DNA from: Trypanosoma brucei
Taxonomy: Eukaryota
Reading direction: 5' to 3'
Length of the DNA: 64,000 nucleotides
Assembly: GCA_000002445.1 (NCBI GenBank)
Contig: CH464491.1
Coordinates: forward strand, 3,680,001-3,744,000
In this document: piece after piece, positions 11,334-21,693 of the stretch
How the letters are laid out: the number at the start of each line of letters is the position of its first letter
Position numbering within the stretch: position 1 is the stretch's first letter
Program-made: the position numbers and the translations under genes
Notes under the pieces: generated by a model
The model's database searches: none
What the model saw: only the letters and a program-made list of their open reading frames with translations
What the model was told of the DNA's origin: nothing

Positions 11334-11364
11334 GGGAGGGGAGGGGAGGGGGGGGGACGGGGGG
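11334..11364 (+). repeat. G-rich tract (G-quadruplex-capable)
   Basis: gggaggggaggggagggggggggacgggggg has at least four runs of 3 or more G within 31 nt on the + strand. Confidence 0.8.
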
Positions 11365-11871
11365 TTTATATCAATCTTTCCCATTCACCAGCTTAAGCCT
11401 CGTGTTGCATGGGAAGAAAATATCTTTTGACACTACCCACTGAAGTAAAGGAATCACGAACTTCTATTTGTATATATATATGCGTATGCGTGCGGGTGTT
11501 TGAATATATTGTATACAAGCAATAATAACTAAAGTTTATCAGTTTCTCTCAAGTGGTTATTTTTGAGGATCCGTGTAGGTTTGTGTTTTCTCTTTCCCTG
11601 CACGCTGCGCTGAGGCGCAGGGTTATGTACAAGGGAATCTGGCGGGTGCTACGGTATAAAACATTGTGGATCAACTCTTTTTTTTTTTTTTTACCGTCGT
11701 TGGTATACATTATTGTACCCGGCATGGTATTTTGCAGTACGAGTTGTATGAAAACATTTCATTTACAAATATATATTTTTTAAATGCAACTTTCCCCTGT
11801 TTTCCTTTTTTTTTAAAAAAAATTCTTTACTTCTTACCCATTAGTTTCCAAGCCGAATACGCGAAACGCAG

Positions 11872-11901
11872 TGCTTGTGTGCTTGTGTGTGTGTGTGTGT
11901 G
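11872..11901 (+). repeat. (GT)n microsatellite
   Basis: gcttgtgtgtgcttgtgtgtgtgtgtgtgtg read directly. Confidence 0.85.
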
Positions 11902-12021
11902 ATTTATTAGTTGTACAGGCGCCCGTCAGAAGTACTGGTGGTTGTATAGTAGGTATATTATTCTTTTAATACCTCCATAGTGCTAATAAACAAAACAAGT
12001 GGCTCAGTAAACTCTTTAACA

Positions 12022-12058
12022 AAACAAACAAACAAACAAACAAACACACACACACACA
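12022..12058 (+). repeat. (CAAA)n-(CA)n compound microsatellite
   Basis: aaacaaacaaacaaacaaacaaacacacacacacacata. The complementary (GTTT/GT)n follows at 12121-12150. Confidence 0.85.
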
Positions 12059-12154
12059 TACAGGAAAAAAAAAAGAGAGAGAAGGAGAGGGAAAAGCGGA
12101 AAGGTGAAACAAAGATTTGGGTTTGTTTGTGTGTTTGTGTGTTTGTGTGGGAAC

Positions 12155-12547
12155 ATGTCCATAAGTCAAGTGGATCTCGAGCACTCGCCTCATCCCGCAT
12201 TTCAAGTCGCCACCTTCTCAGCTACGGATGAATCCGCTGAAGGGGCCGCGACATCTCCTGTCGGTGACGGCGAGTGTTTTGGAGGTGTCCGCAACGGCGT
12301 GTCCACCAACTCCATAAAAAGTGCGGCGGAACTTCTGTCAGTGCATCAGAAAACATTGATAGATATTAGTCTAACATTTCCAGCAAGAGCACCAACATTA
12401 GATTTACTGGATATGCATGGTATTACGTTAAGTCGCCGTACGTTGCGAGCCGACTTGCCAGATCCCGATGGAAGGGATGCGGCATTCAGTAAACTTGAGG
12501 AGTTTCGGTTTGGAGATGATCATTCAGATGATCCGTCAAACCTTTGA
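12155..12547 (+). CDS. hypothetical small protein (weak)
   Basis: The track ORF starts at GTG 12104 within a (GTTT/GT)n tract. The first ATG is at 12155 (MSISQVDLEH...), giving 130 aa. Composition is not low-complexity, but I recognise no domain and it could be non-coding. Confidence 0.3.
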   Translation: MSISQVDLEHSPHPAFQVATFSATDESAEGAATSPVGDGECFGGVRNGVSTNSIKSAAELLSVHQKTLIDISLTFPARAPTLDLLDMHGITLSRRTLRADLPDPDGRDAAFSKLEEFRFGDDHSDDPSNL

Positions 12548-15500
12548 CATGTTTCTCTCTCTCTTTTTTTTTATTTAAACTTTTCCCTTCCCTTCCCTTC
12601 TATTCTGTTTTTTTTTGTAAAATGATAATAGAAGAATAAATTATTATGCATTGTGTCCGTATTCGACTTACTGACGACACCTTTTTTGGTATTCCTTTTC
12701 CTGTTTGTATATTCTGCCTCCACTTTTCATATATATTTAGTTACATCTATGAATAATTTTTTTTTTGTCCAAAAGTTTCTTCTTTTTTTAAAAAAATTTT
12801 ATTTTGATCAAGACGCGTAACGTGATTATATATAAGTGAATTTACTGTTTATTATTATTTTTTTTGCCAGTGTTGTTATTTTTGTTGTTGTCTTACTTAT
12901 TATCTGAGCGGTTACCAGTGTGGCGTAGTTAAAAAGAGTTTTTTTTTTTAATAATTAAAAAAAAAAAAGAAAGACAGCTCCGCAGGTGTGGAGAAAGAAA
13001 TGATATGATGAGAAGATAAAAAGGAGTGGGACAACAAATGTCAACAGATTGACTGTGAGAAAGTGTTGTTATGAAAGGAAGTTTTTTTTTTTAATTATAA
13101 AAAAAAGGAAAAAGTAGAATAATTTGAGTGAAGGAAGTAAAGGATTAATTACATTTTTTGTTTTTTTTGTTCTTTTAATGAGTCGAAGCCACCACAGTCT
13201 TATGCATGTTTTTTGATTCATATAAATAAATAAACATTCCATTATCTACTTATATGTTTGGGAAAACGTCCAGCGATTTATGATGGAGGGAAGTTGAAAA
13301 AGTAAAATAGATGAATAATTAAATAAATTAAATAAGAAGAGAAAGTGATGTTTGGTGGAAGGATTAAAAAAAAAAAGTAAATGCTTCAAATAAAATATAT
13401 ACCAATTAAAGGAGATGCAAACACTCGCGTACCCTACGTAGTTGGGAAGGGGGAGAAGGAAGTAAATAAATAAGTAGAGAGAGCGAGAGAGAGAAAAAGA
13501 AAATGAAGAGAAAAAGTGAAAGTAAAAGTTAAGGAAGAAAAAAAAAAAGAACAGAGAGAAGAGAGGGAGAGAGCAATGGAAGGTGACGCGCCGTTTCCGT
13601 GTTGTTTGTTTTTTTTTTCCCCCTCCTTTTATTTTATTTCATTTTATTTTATTTTCTTTACTTGTGGTTGAGTGGAAGCGTTCTTTCGGCGGCTATAAAT
13701 ATGTTATTGTTTTGTCGTGTGCGAGTCTGTACTTATGCAAATAAGTATAAATATACAATACATAAATATATGTGTGGCACGGTGTGTTAGGGTTAGGGAA
13801 AGGGGGGGGGAAACCAAAAAAAGAGGAAAAAAAGAGGATAATAAATATTATAAACTGTGACATAACGAATTGTTTTTTTTAAAAAATAGTTGTCACAGTT
13901 GTTTTCTTTTCTTTTTCTTTTTTGTTGTTCTACCCCATTTCTACCCATTATTCAGCATGAGGGAACATATATTTATTTTGGTGGTTTGATTCCTCTTTTA
14001 GTTTTTTTGACTTTAATTTTGTATTTGCGAACGTTTGAACACTTTCTTCATCTAATGTTGTTTTTTTTTTCAAATTTTCTACTTTTGTGACTATGTTTAT
14101 ACTTGACGGCACCACATAAGCAAGATTCAGCCGTTACTTCTTTTTTTTTTCGTTATGAACTGTTGTTGTTAAGAATAACATTTTATGTTTATTACTGCTT
14201 TTTTTTTCTTTTTGTTCGATGCCCGTTGCATAATTGTGGTTTTGTGAAGCGTACTGATTTTGTAGTGCTGCTACAACCTCGGGACGTAAATGCGGTGAAA
14301 CATCATTGGGTTAACACCTTTTCTCTTCCATTTTCATTTTTATTTCTCAAATAGTTTCTGTTTCTTTTTTTTTTTGTATTACCACTCACCATTATCTTTT
14401 CCATTTATTTGTTTATTTTCCCTCCCCTCCGTGTGATCCCTCAAATATTATTTCTGCGAACATCAATTTTTGTTTTTATTGTTTATTATTAATTTTGAGG
14501 ATAGGGAGGGGAGGAGGCGGTTGAAATGCCGAATATATGGTAGAGAGGTGAGAGGAAAAAAAAAAACGAATAGGGACTAAAAAAAAAAATAAAGTCTTGA
14601 AAAGATAAGGAAATATTGAATGGGGCGATGGTGACAGGAAAGGAAAAGAAAGGGAAGGGAAACGCCGCTTATTTTTTCCTTTTTTTTCTTTTTTTTCCTT
14701 TTTTAGTTTCGTTATAAATTTTAAATTATGAATGGAGCGATGAGGTGGACCGTATGGTGATGTTACCGCACAAAACGGGGAATGAAAGAAGCACAATAAA
14801 GAAAGAAAAAAAAAGAAGGAAAATGGTTAATATTCATGTGTCTTGCATATCCTGCCTTTTCTTTTTCTTTCCTCTAGAACATCGTAATTCGCATTCTGTT
14901 GAACAAACGAAACTCTTTTTTTCTTCTTTTTTCTCTTTTTTTTTATTCAAAAAATTCTTTTCTCTTCTTTTTAATTTATTTAACGTATTTATATATTGTT
15001 GTTTTCATCTCCTTTTGAGATGGTATCAGTTAGCACACACACACAGAAGTGTCAGCTACAGGTAGTTGGAGATGAACTAAAAGAGAGAGAAAAGAAAAAC
15101 TAACAGCGAAAAGCGATGGGAAAGTTTACAGCGGTCGAAGTAGGTGAGCAGAAAAAAGCAACAATAAAAAGCTTAAAAGAAAAACAAAACAAAACAGAAA
15201 TAACAACAACAACAACAACGAAATATTGAGTAAAAAAAAGAAAAGAGGAATTGTCATCACAATTATAATTATTATTATTGTTGTTGTTTTTTTAAAGAGA
15301 AAAACAAAGGGAAGTAAGTACGATAAATGAATTGAAATACAAGAGAATATGAGGGACCAGAAAAAAGTATTTTAAAAAAAATTTAGTATTAATAGTTGGA
15401 GTGACGTTGAATGGAAAGGGGTGAGGTGTGAAGTTATTTAAGGAAGAAAAAATGTATTACACCAAGTAAAGAAGAGGGGAATGTTTTTGCATTTGTTTGT

Positions 15501-16094
15501 TTTTTTTATTTTTGTGGGTGCAAAACAGAAGGGTAATTCGTTTGTTATTTTGTTTTTTTTAAGTACTCAGCGATAGCTGAAGTGCGGGGTGTATATATAT
15601 ATATATAAGGTGGGTACGATTCGGGGAATGGTAAAAAATTAAGAAAAAGAAAGGATATCATGCAAAATAAACCAATGAGCTTACCGATGACGTTTTTTTT
15701 AAAAATCTAAACAAAAAGAACACTTTTGTTTATTGGGAACTTGTTTTTGTTTTTTTTTATTTTTCCTTTGTTGATTACTGTCAATATCTTCTTCATTTTG
15801 TTGTACCATTGTTATCAGGTAAAGTTAATGGCTGACAAATCAATTGGGTTGCTTATGCTTCCATCCATCGCATTTGATGAACAACACACCAACGAATATC
15901 TGCTCCCTCATCTTCTTTTTTTCTTTCTTTTCTTTTAATGCTGTTATTTCATCAGTGACATCTCATTCCATTCTTTAAAGACTGTTACTTTTTGTTTTGC
16001 ATGTCAATTTATATGCTTATTTCCCCTTCTTTTCTCTTCTTTGAAATGCCGTTTTGATTATGTCAGCGCGCGTAGGCACCAATCCGCGTACTTA
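12548..16094. other. 3.5-kb ORF-free AT-rich low-complexity block
   Basis: This has the same character as the block at 34.5-48.1 kb. Purine-rich (12960-13560, 14476-14700, 15061-15480) and T-rich (13600-14460, 15480-16040) blocks alternate. Only short low-complexity ORFs are present. Confidence 0.8.
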
Positions 16095-17951
16095 ATGCTT
16101 CTCGTAGCGCTGTTTATCGCTGCTGTTGTGGTGATTATCGTGCACCATTGTGCAACCACTCTCTTTCCACATATTCAGAAGATGTGCGATGCAAGACACA
16201 ACCGAGTTACATGTACCGAAGTGGATTATATTGTCATCGGTGCGGGACCCGGTGGTATCGCCGCTGCTCAACATCTCCTGCAGCATGATCCGCAAGGCCG
16301 CGTGTTAATTGTTGAGCGCGGTGAGGATCCTTCACCAGGTGGTGTTTTTGCATCTCTTCATAACTTTTTCCAACCTTACGATCTTTTATGTCACACTTTA
16401 GACCTTGTGGGGTCGAGGTTCGGCGAGTTGTTTTACATTCGGCATCCCCTGCGGAGGTGTTCTTCCGCATCTTGCAGTATTTGCGATGATGCCTCCATCT
16501 CAGTTTCTCCGAGGCTCTCTAACTTTGTCGAGCATCGTCGCGGATGTGGACTCGGAGGGACTTCTATCATCGACTGGGCCATGTACTTTCCGTCTATCCC
16601 TGTGGAGCCCGCTGCACGGAACCATGCGGGTTTTGAAGACCTTCAGGCGGTGCCGCATCGACTCGCGCGGGGGAGAAATCCGCTTTCATGGGCCTTCGCT
16701 GAAGCGGCTGCGGTTGTAACGGATCGTAGGGGGTCACCCGCAGGGGCGGAATCATCTGTGGACAGAAAATGCGGGGATCAACCTTCTCTGTTGCGTATTG
16801 ATGGGAATGGACGCCGCATCTTTCTTTTTAATCACATGCTGAAGAATGAAGGTGGTCGCTTAACCGTTTTATCGGGCACGGAAGTCGTTGGCATGACAAC
16901 TAGTGATGATGGCGAAGCCATTGTGTGCGTTAAGTGCAAACCAAAAGATCAAGAACCCTTTACTGTGAGTCTTCGGCGCGGTGTTATTCTGTCAGGCGGG
17001 ACTTTTGGGACGCCAAATCTCCTTAAAGGAGTTCTTTCAAAGCCACCTGGACCCTATCTCTCTCGAGATTCTATTGCTGTACCGTTAATTTTCCAAGCAC
17101 TTCCCGGCCTCTCGGACGACAGGGTGAACATACATTCCTTTGTTGCTCATACGGGTTTATGGTTTGGAGGCCGTGGTCCTTTACTGAACCCCTTCTGCGA
17201 CACGCTTGCAACCATTGATGTGCCTTCGTTAGGCCCACGAGCAAAGTTAGTAATATTTTTGCTTCCCTTTGGTGGTCGCGACTCGCTTGCATATGGCCGA
17301 TTGGGGTTTAATTACGTTTTCGGCGCATTCAGGGAAGGTTTCACAATGCTCATAACCCTCAGTGGTGTTGAAGACATTCGGTTTGATGTGAGTGATACTC
17401 AGAAGGAAGGTGCGACGGAAGGAAGCAATGCTCACTTTTCTGTCATTGACGAGAAAATGAGGCACAAAGTGTCAAATGCATTCATAGATGGCATGGAATT
17501 TTGCCGTCAAGTTGTTGCGGAGGCCCCACTTAGGTATCTTACGACAGGTTGTGAGGCGGCCGATGTCATGCTGTTCCGTGACGCGGTACAAATGAAAGAA
17601 TACGTAAGGGTTTTGTGCCCATCTCGGCGTAAACTCACTGAAGGGCAGCGTGCCCATGCGCGCGGCGTCCTCTTATGGGTTAAGGAGATGGTGTCGCGTC
17701 AAGATTACATGGAAGAATATGTTCGACGCCACGCGATGTGGTTGGGGTTTGCAAGTGGTGGTTGTGAGCAGGTGCTCCCGGCTGACGGGGGTCTGCGCGT
17801 CGCATGCATGCGGAATCTTTTTATCGGCGATTGCACAGCGGTAACAGACGCGATGTGGAGAGCTGGCGGTTGCGATACCCTCCGTGCGGGTTCAGTCGCA
17901 ACGGCTGTGGCTGTAGGAAAGGCGGCGGCTGCCGAGCTTCTATCGATTTAG
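16095..17951 (+). CDS. GMC-type FAD-dependent oxidoreductase-like protein with N-terminal hydrophobic anchor
   Basis: DYIVIGAGPGGIAAAQHLLQHDPQGRVLIVERGED is a Rossmann GxGxxG FAD-binding fingerprint of the GMC family. The N-terminus MLLVALFIAAVVVIIVHH is a predicted TM/signal anchor. The track start (TTG 16041) was replaced by the first in-frame ATG at 16095. ATG 16182 (MCDARH) is an alternative start. Confidence 0.7.
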   Translation: MLLVALFIAAVVVIIVHHCATTLFPHIQKMCDARHNRVTCTEVDYIVIGAGPGGIAAAQHLLQHDPQGRVLIVERGEDPSPGGVFASLHNFFQPYDLLCHTLDLVGSRFGELFYIRHPLRRCSSASCSICDDASISVSPRLSNFVEHRRGCGLGGTSIIDWAMYFPSIPVEPAARNHAGFEDLQAVPHRLARGRNPLSWAFAEAAAVVTDRRGSPAGAESSVDRKCGDQPSLLRIDGNGRRIFLFNHMLKNEGGRLTVLSGTEVVGMTTSDDGEAIVCVKCKPKDQEPFTVSLRRGVILSGGTFGTPNLLKGVLSKPPGPYLSRDSIAVPLIFQALPGLSDDRVNIHSFVAHTGLWFGGRGPLLNPFCDTLATIDVPSLGPRAKLVIFLLPFGGRDSLAYGRLGFNYVFGAFREGFTMLITLSGVEDIRFDVSDTQKEGATEGSNAHFSVIDEKMRHKVSNAFIDGMEFCRQVVAEAPLRYLTTGCEAADVMLFRDAVQMKEYVRVLCPSRRKLTEGQRAHARGVLLWVKEMVSRQDYMEEYVRRHAMWLGFASGGCEQVLPADGGLRVACMRNLFIGDCTAVTDAMWRAGGCDTLRAGSVATAVAVGKAAAAELLSI

Positions 17952-18296
17952 ATGGTAAGCACATTACAGAAGGAGTCGTACAGATGTCTTTGAGTATTCA
18001 TAGTGGAGGTATGGTTGTGATCGAACGATGTTGTCGCCGTTTTTGTAACGCATCCGTCGGCACCTATAAGAATGTTTTTGTTGTTGGTTTCAGCACTCCG
18101 TTCCTATATGAATGAGCGTAGTTGAAATATATATATTTTTATTAACTGCTTTCAGCTGAATAATTTCGTGTTTGCTTTCTTGTGTTGCTTTCATAGCGTT
18201 GCAGGTCCCAACAGAAACACAAAGTATTGGCACTGTGCTACTGGCCCACGCAGTGTGCGGTGGAAGTGTCGCCGCGCAGTCCCTGGAGTTGCAATA

Positions 18297-21194
18297 ATGA
18301 AGACGGGTGCGTCCTGCGTTGAGCATCCATCGAGCATGCCCGATAAGGTGTTTGCTGCGCAGCTACAGTTAATTTGTGAGGCACTAAACACTTCGGGCGA
18401 AAACTCGGGCAAGTGGGGAGGACGTTTGGAGGCCCTTCGGCAACTTGAAGTCTTTTCCAGAGCTGACATGTCGAATCGTCGCGATTTCATGATGCTTATG
18501 AATACTTTCGTGAAGGTTCCCCTTCAAAAACACATTGAAGAGGATCGTGCTGCGCTAAGCAACGAAGCATGTCGAGTGGTTACATCGCTGGCTAAACACT
18601 GCAGCAACCGCCGCGCGTGGCAGGCTGTCAGTGAGTGGTTTATTCAACCGCTCCTTAGGATTACTGTGCGGAAGAAGAAAGTATTTGTGGATGCTGCTGT
18701 GGAGACACTGTGTAACCTGGCCAGGACAAATAGTTTTGGGCCGAGGGCGTTTGCAGAACTTCTTCGTGGTTGTACCGCCGCTCACGCAGCGACGCGAAGT
18801 TACACTTTCAGCGTACTCCAGCTCTTTATACAACAATGTAAGAACAATGAGGGTGAATTTGCCCTTTCGCCATACCTTGGCGATGTATGCCGAGTGTTGC
18901 GTTCGGGGCTGTCAGATGCTGACGCTCAGACGAGGCGGTGCGCGCGTGACTGCTACTGGAATTTTCGTTCTGCAGAGGCGGAAGCCGCAGAGACATTGTA
19001 TAACGAACTTGAAGCACCTGTAAAACGTATGTTAGGACAGGACCGGAATAGGTTAACTATCGAGAATATGGTTCCTAAGATTGACAGAAACCCCACTACT
19101 GCCGCAACTCCTGCTTCTAAACTTGCCCGCGGGACGGATCGTGCCCTCTCGACACCGCAGGAGGAACCAGGAGCAGTGGAAGCCGCTGCACCTCCGGAGA
19201 ACTCGAAAACTAAGGGAGAACCCGAGGCAGGTGGGAAAGCCACTGAGGAGTGTGGGCCCGATGTACTACTTGAGTCTCTTTCCAGTTCTGCGTGGGAGGA
19301 GCGTTTACGAGGCGTGCGTCGGGTTGTGGAAGACTTCCCGTATCTCCGGCATAAGGAGGAGTGCGTGAAGCTGCTGGTCGTTCGACTGAATGACTCAAAT
19401 GGTCAAGTTGCGCTGGCGGCCCTTGAGGTGTTGCCGCTGGTTTTCCGTCTTGCGCCTTCGTTGTTCAAGGCTCTGCTACCTGAATTAATCACCTCACTAC
19501 TAATCAATGTGAGTGAACGCAAGGGATTCTCAGGGGTGTCAAGGAGACTTCTTGTTAGTACCATTAGAGCTAATTCCATTGACGATGTGATGGATGCAAT
19601 TTACTGCGAACTGCGGAGGATTGTCTCTCCGAGCCTGAAGGTACACGCTTTAGAATACGCCAAATATCTGTATATCGACAACGCTGTACACTTTGCGCAA
19701 CTGACGCCGATGCGACGCGCCGTGGAGGAGCTGCTGCCGATTATACAAACTGAGGGACCCCACAACCTCGTGCGTAAATCAGCTGCTTCAGCACTCACTG
19801 CCCTGTACGTCACTTCTAGGGGTACGTTCATACGCGTTCTGTCACATCATCTTTCGCCTAGTGACTGTGAAAGTATAGTTGACGAGCTTCAATTGGCAAT
19901 TCCGCACCTCGGACAGGAGTGTCGTCGTACTTTGACTGGACAGAAGCCGCTTCCGCACCCAGTGCCGGTTGTGCGATGCGCGTTTGCTGACATTTTGACA
20001 AAAGAGGACAGAACACCACCAAAGGATGCGAATGCGAAGGAGTTAACGGTGTCCAAGTCGACTGACCGTGGAAATGCTACACACAGTACCATTCAAAGAC
20101 CTTCTACAGCTTGTGCGAAGGGAGTTCATGACCGCCCCCCTGAAAGACGAAGTAACAAAAGATACCTCGGAGAACGCAAGGTTGCCAGTCCAGCACCTAT
20201 GGATCGGCGGAGATCCCCCATGGGTAGGACTTCAAATGGTGATGGTGTTTCGCCTCTGCGTGGTAAAGGCGCCACTCACCACGTTCCAATGACTCTGCCG
20301 TATGCACTTCCCATTCACGGTGGGGGCAATGACTACAGCCCAGCGGATTTGTTAGAATGGCTAGACAGGACGAACGTCTCTACCGACACTCGTGATATTT
20401 TGGATGCCATTGCTTTTGCGATTGCGAAAAATCCCTCATCGTGGGGGGAAGTGTTTAACCGCCTTCTCGTTCTGTTAGAGAGGCTCATCCCCGACTCGTG
20501 CGAGCCAAGTCATACGGTACGTTTTCTTGCTCTTAAGGTGCTTCATACAGTGGTGGGAAGTGGAGTCCTCCGTCAGGCTGTGAATCGATCTCTAAAGCGT
20601 ATACTTCTTCTTGTGCGCGCGGGGATTGATGATGTGTTCCCAGAGGTTCATATGGATGCTGCGGCAGTCCTTCATTTGATTATCAACAGCGGGTTGTACT
20701 CAACTGATCATCTCCTCAACGCTGTCGCTATGACTTTGGACACGTGGTTGCGGAGCAATAAGGTGGGTTACAGCAGCAGGGGTTGGTTGACGATGTTAGA
20801 AGCCATTAAACATATTTTCTTTCAACTTGGATGCTCAGCCGTGCTAGTTCCGTGTGCCTTCAAGGAATATGCAGAACTGAAAGATACCACCCCGGGTGTT
20901 GTGAGCGAACCAGTTCTCCACCGCGTTTGCAGTACTGTGGTGTCTGCCGTTCATCATAGCGTCCCTGAAGTGCGTTTAACAGCGGTTGTTGCTTGTGTTG
21001 CTATTTGGATGACATTTGACACTGCTGCATTGCCTTATTTTGTTGATCTCACAGCAAGCCAACGGAAACTTATTTCAATGTACTTCACAAAGTTGGCCGA
21101 TGTTCCTGTGGATGATTTGAAGATTACAAATACTGAACGCGACATGACGAGTGATATGCGTGCAGCCGGACTGCCATATGCCACTCACCTGTAA
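18297..21194 (+). CDS. HEAT/TOG-like repeat protein (CLASP N-terminal-like), hypothetical
   Basis: About 965 aa counted from the first ATG (the track starts at GTG 18168). N-terminal and C-terminal helical-repeat regions are separated by a Ser/Pro/Arg-rich disordered linker (aa ~300-700). The overall pattern, LxxLxxxL amphipathic repeats, resembles TOG/HEAT arrays. The family assignment is tentative. Confidence 0.6.
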   Translation: MKTGASCVEHPSSMPDKVFAAQLQLICEALNTSGENSGKWGGRLEALRQLEVFSRADMSNRRDFMMLMNTFVKVPLQKHIEEDRAALSNEACRVVTSLAKHCSNRRAWQAVSEWFIQPLLRITVRKKKVFVDAAVETLCNLARTNSFGPRAFAELLRGCTAAHAATRSYTFSVLQLFIQQCKNNEGEFALSPYLGDVCRVLRSGLSDADAQTRRCARDCYWNFRSAEAEAAETLYNELEAPVKRMLGQDRNRLTIENMVPKIDRNPTTAATPASKLARGTDRALSTPQEEPGAVEAAAPPENSKTKGEPEAGGKATEECGPDVLLESLSSSAWEERLRGVRRVVEDFPYLRHKEECVKLLVVRLNDSNGQVALAALEVLPLVFRLAPSLFKALLPELITSLLINVSERKGFSGVSRRLLVSTIRANSIDDVMDAIYCELRRIVSPSLKVHALEYAKYLYIDNAVHFAQLTPMRRAVEELLPIIQTEGPHNLVRKSAASALTALYVTSRGTFIRVLSHHLSPSDCESIVDELQLAIPHLGQECRRTLTGQKPLPHPVPVVRCAFADILTKEDRTPPKDANAKELTVSKSTDRGNATHSTIQRPSTACAKGVHDRPPERRSNKRYLGERKVASPAPMDRRRSPMGRTSNGDGVSPLRGKGATHHVPMTLPYALPIHGGGNDYSPADLLEWLDRTNVSTDTRDILDAIAFAIAKNPSSWGEVFNRLLVLLERLIPDSCEPSHTVRFLALKVLHTVVGSGVLRQAVNRSLKRILLLVRAGIDDVFPEVHMDAAAVLHLIINSGLYSTDHLLNAVAMTLDTWLRSNKVGYSSRGWLTMLEAIKHIFFQLGCSAVLVPCAFKEYAELKDTTPGVVSEPVLHRVCSTVVSAVHHSVPEVRLTAVVACVAIWMTFDTAALPYFVDLTASQRKLISMYFTKLADVPVDDLKITNTERDMTSDMRAAGLPYATHL

Positions 21195-21693
21195 AGTTAC
21201 ACCTTCAACAAACGTACTGCATTTAGATTTATAGAATGGTAAATCCATAGAAGAAAGACAATGCCATGTGGCACTTGCTGCGTCGCGGCTGCTTTGACAG
21301 AAGATGTGACCACATTCATCTAATGCTTTTTCCTGGAACAAAACTCTCCGACTTATCGGCTGCTTTCGCACTAACTGCACGTACAACTGACTGGTATTTT
21401 TCGAAGTCTCTGTTTACTATTTGCATCACTCGTTGTGCTCCCAAGGTGTTGCTTCTTGCTATTCCTCTCCTTTCTATTCTTGTGTGTGTGTGTTTTACGT
21501 GCGTTACCATTTGGCGGTGATGTCCATCTAGAGAGAGAGGAGAGACGCAACGAATAGTGACACCGTAAGCGTTTTTTTTTTTAAAGGAAAGAAAGAAAAA
21601 CTTCATTCTTGATATTTAGATAATATATTAAACCGTTACATTTACGTAAATTGAGGGCGCGAATTCAACAGGGGTAACAGAGGACATACTCAA

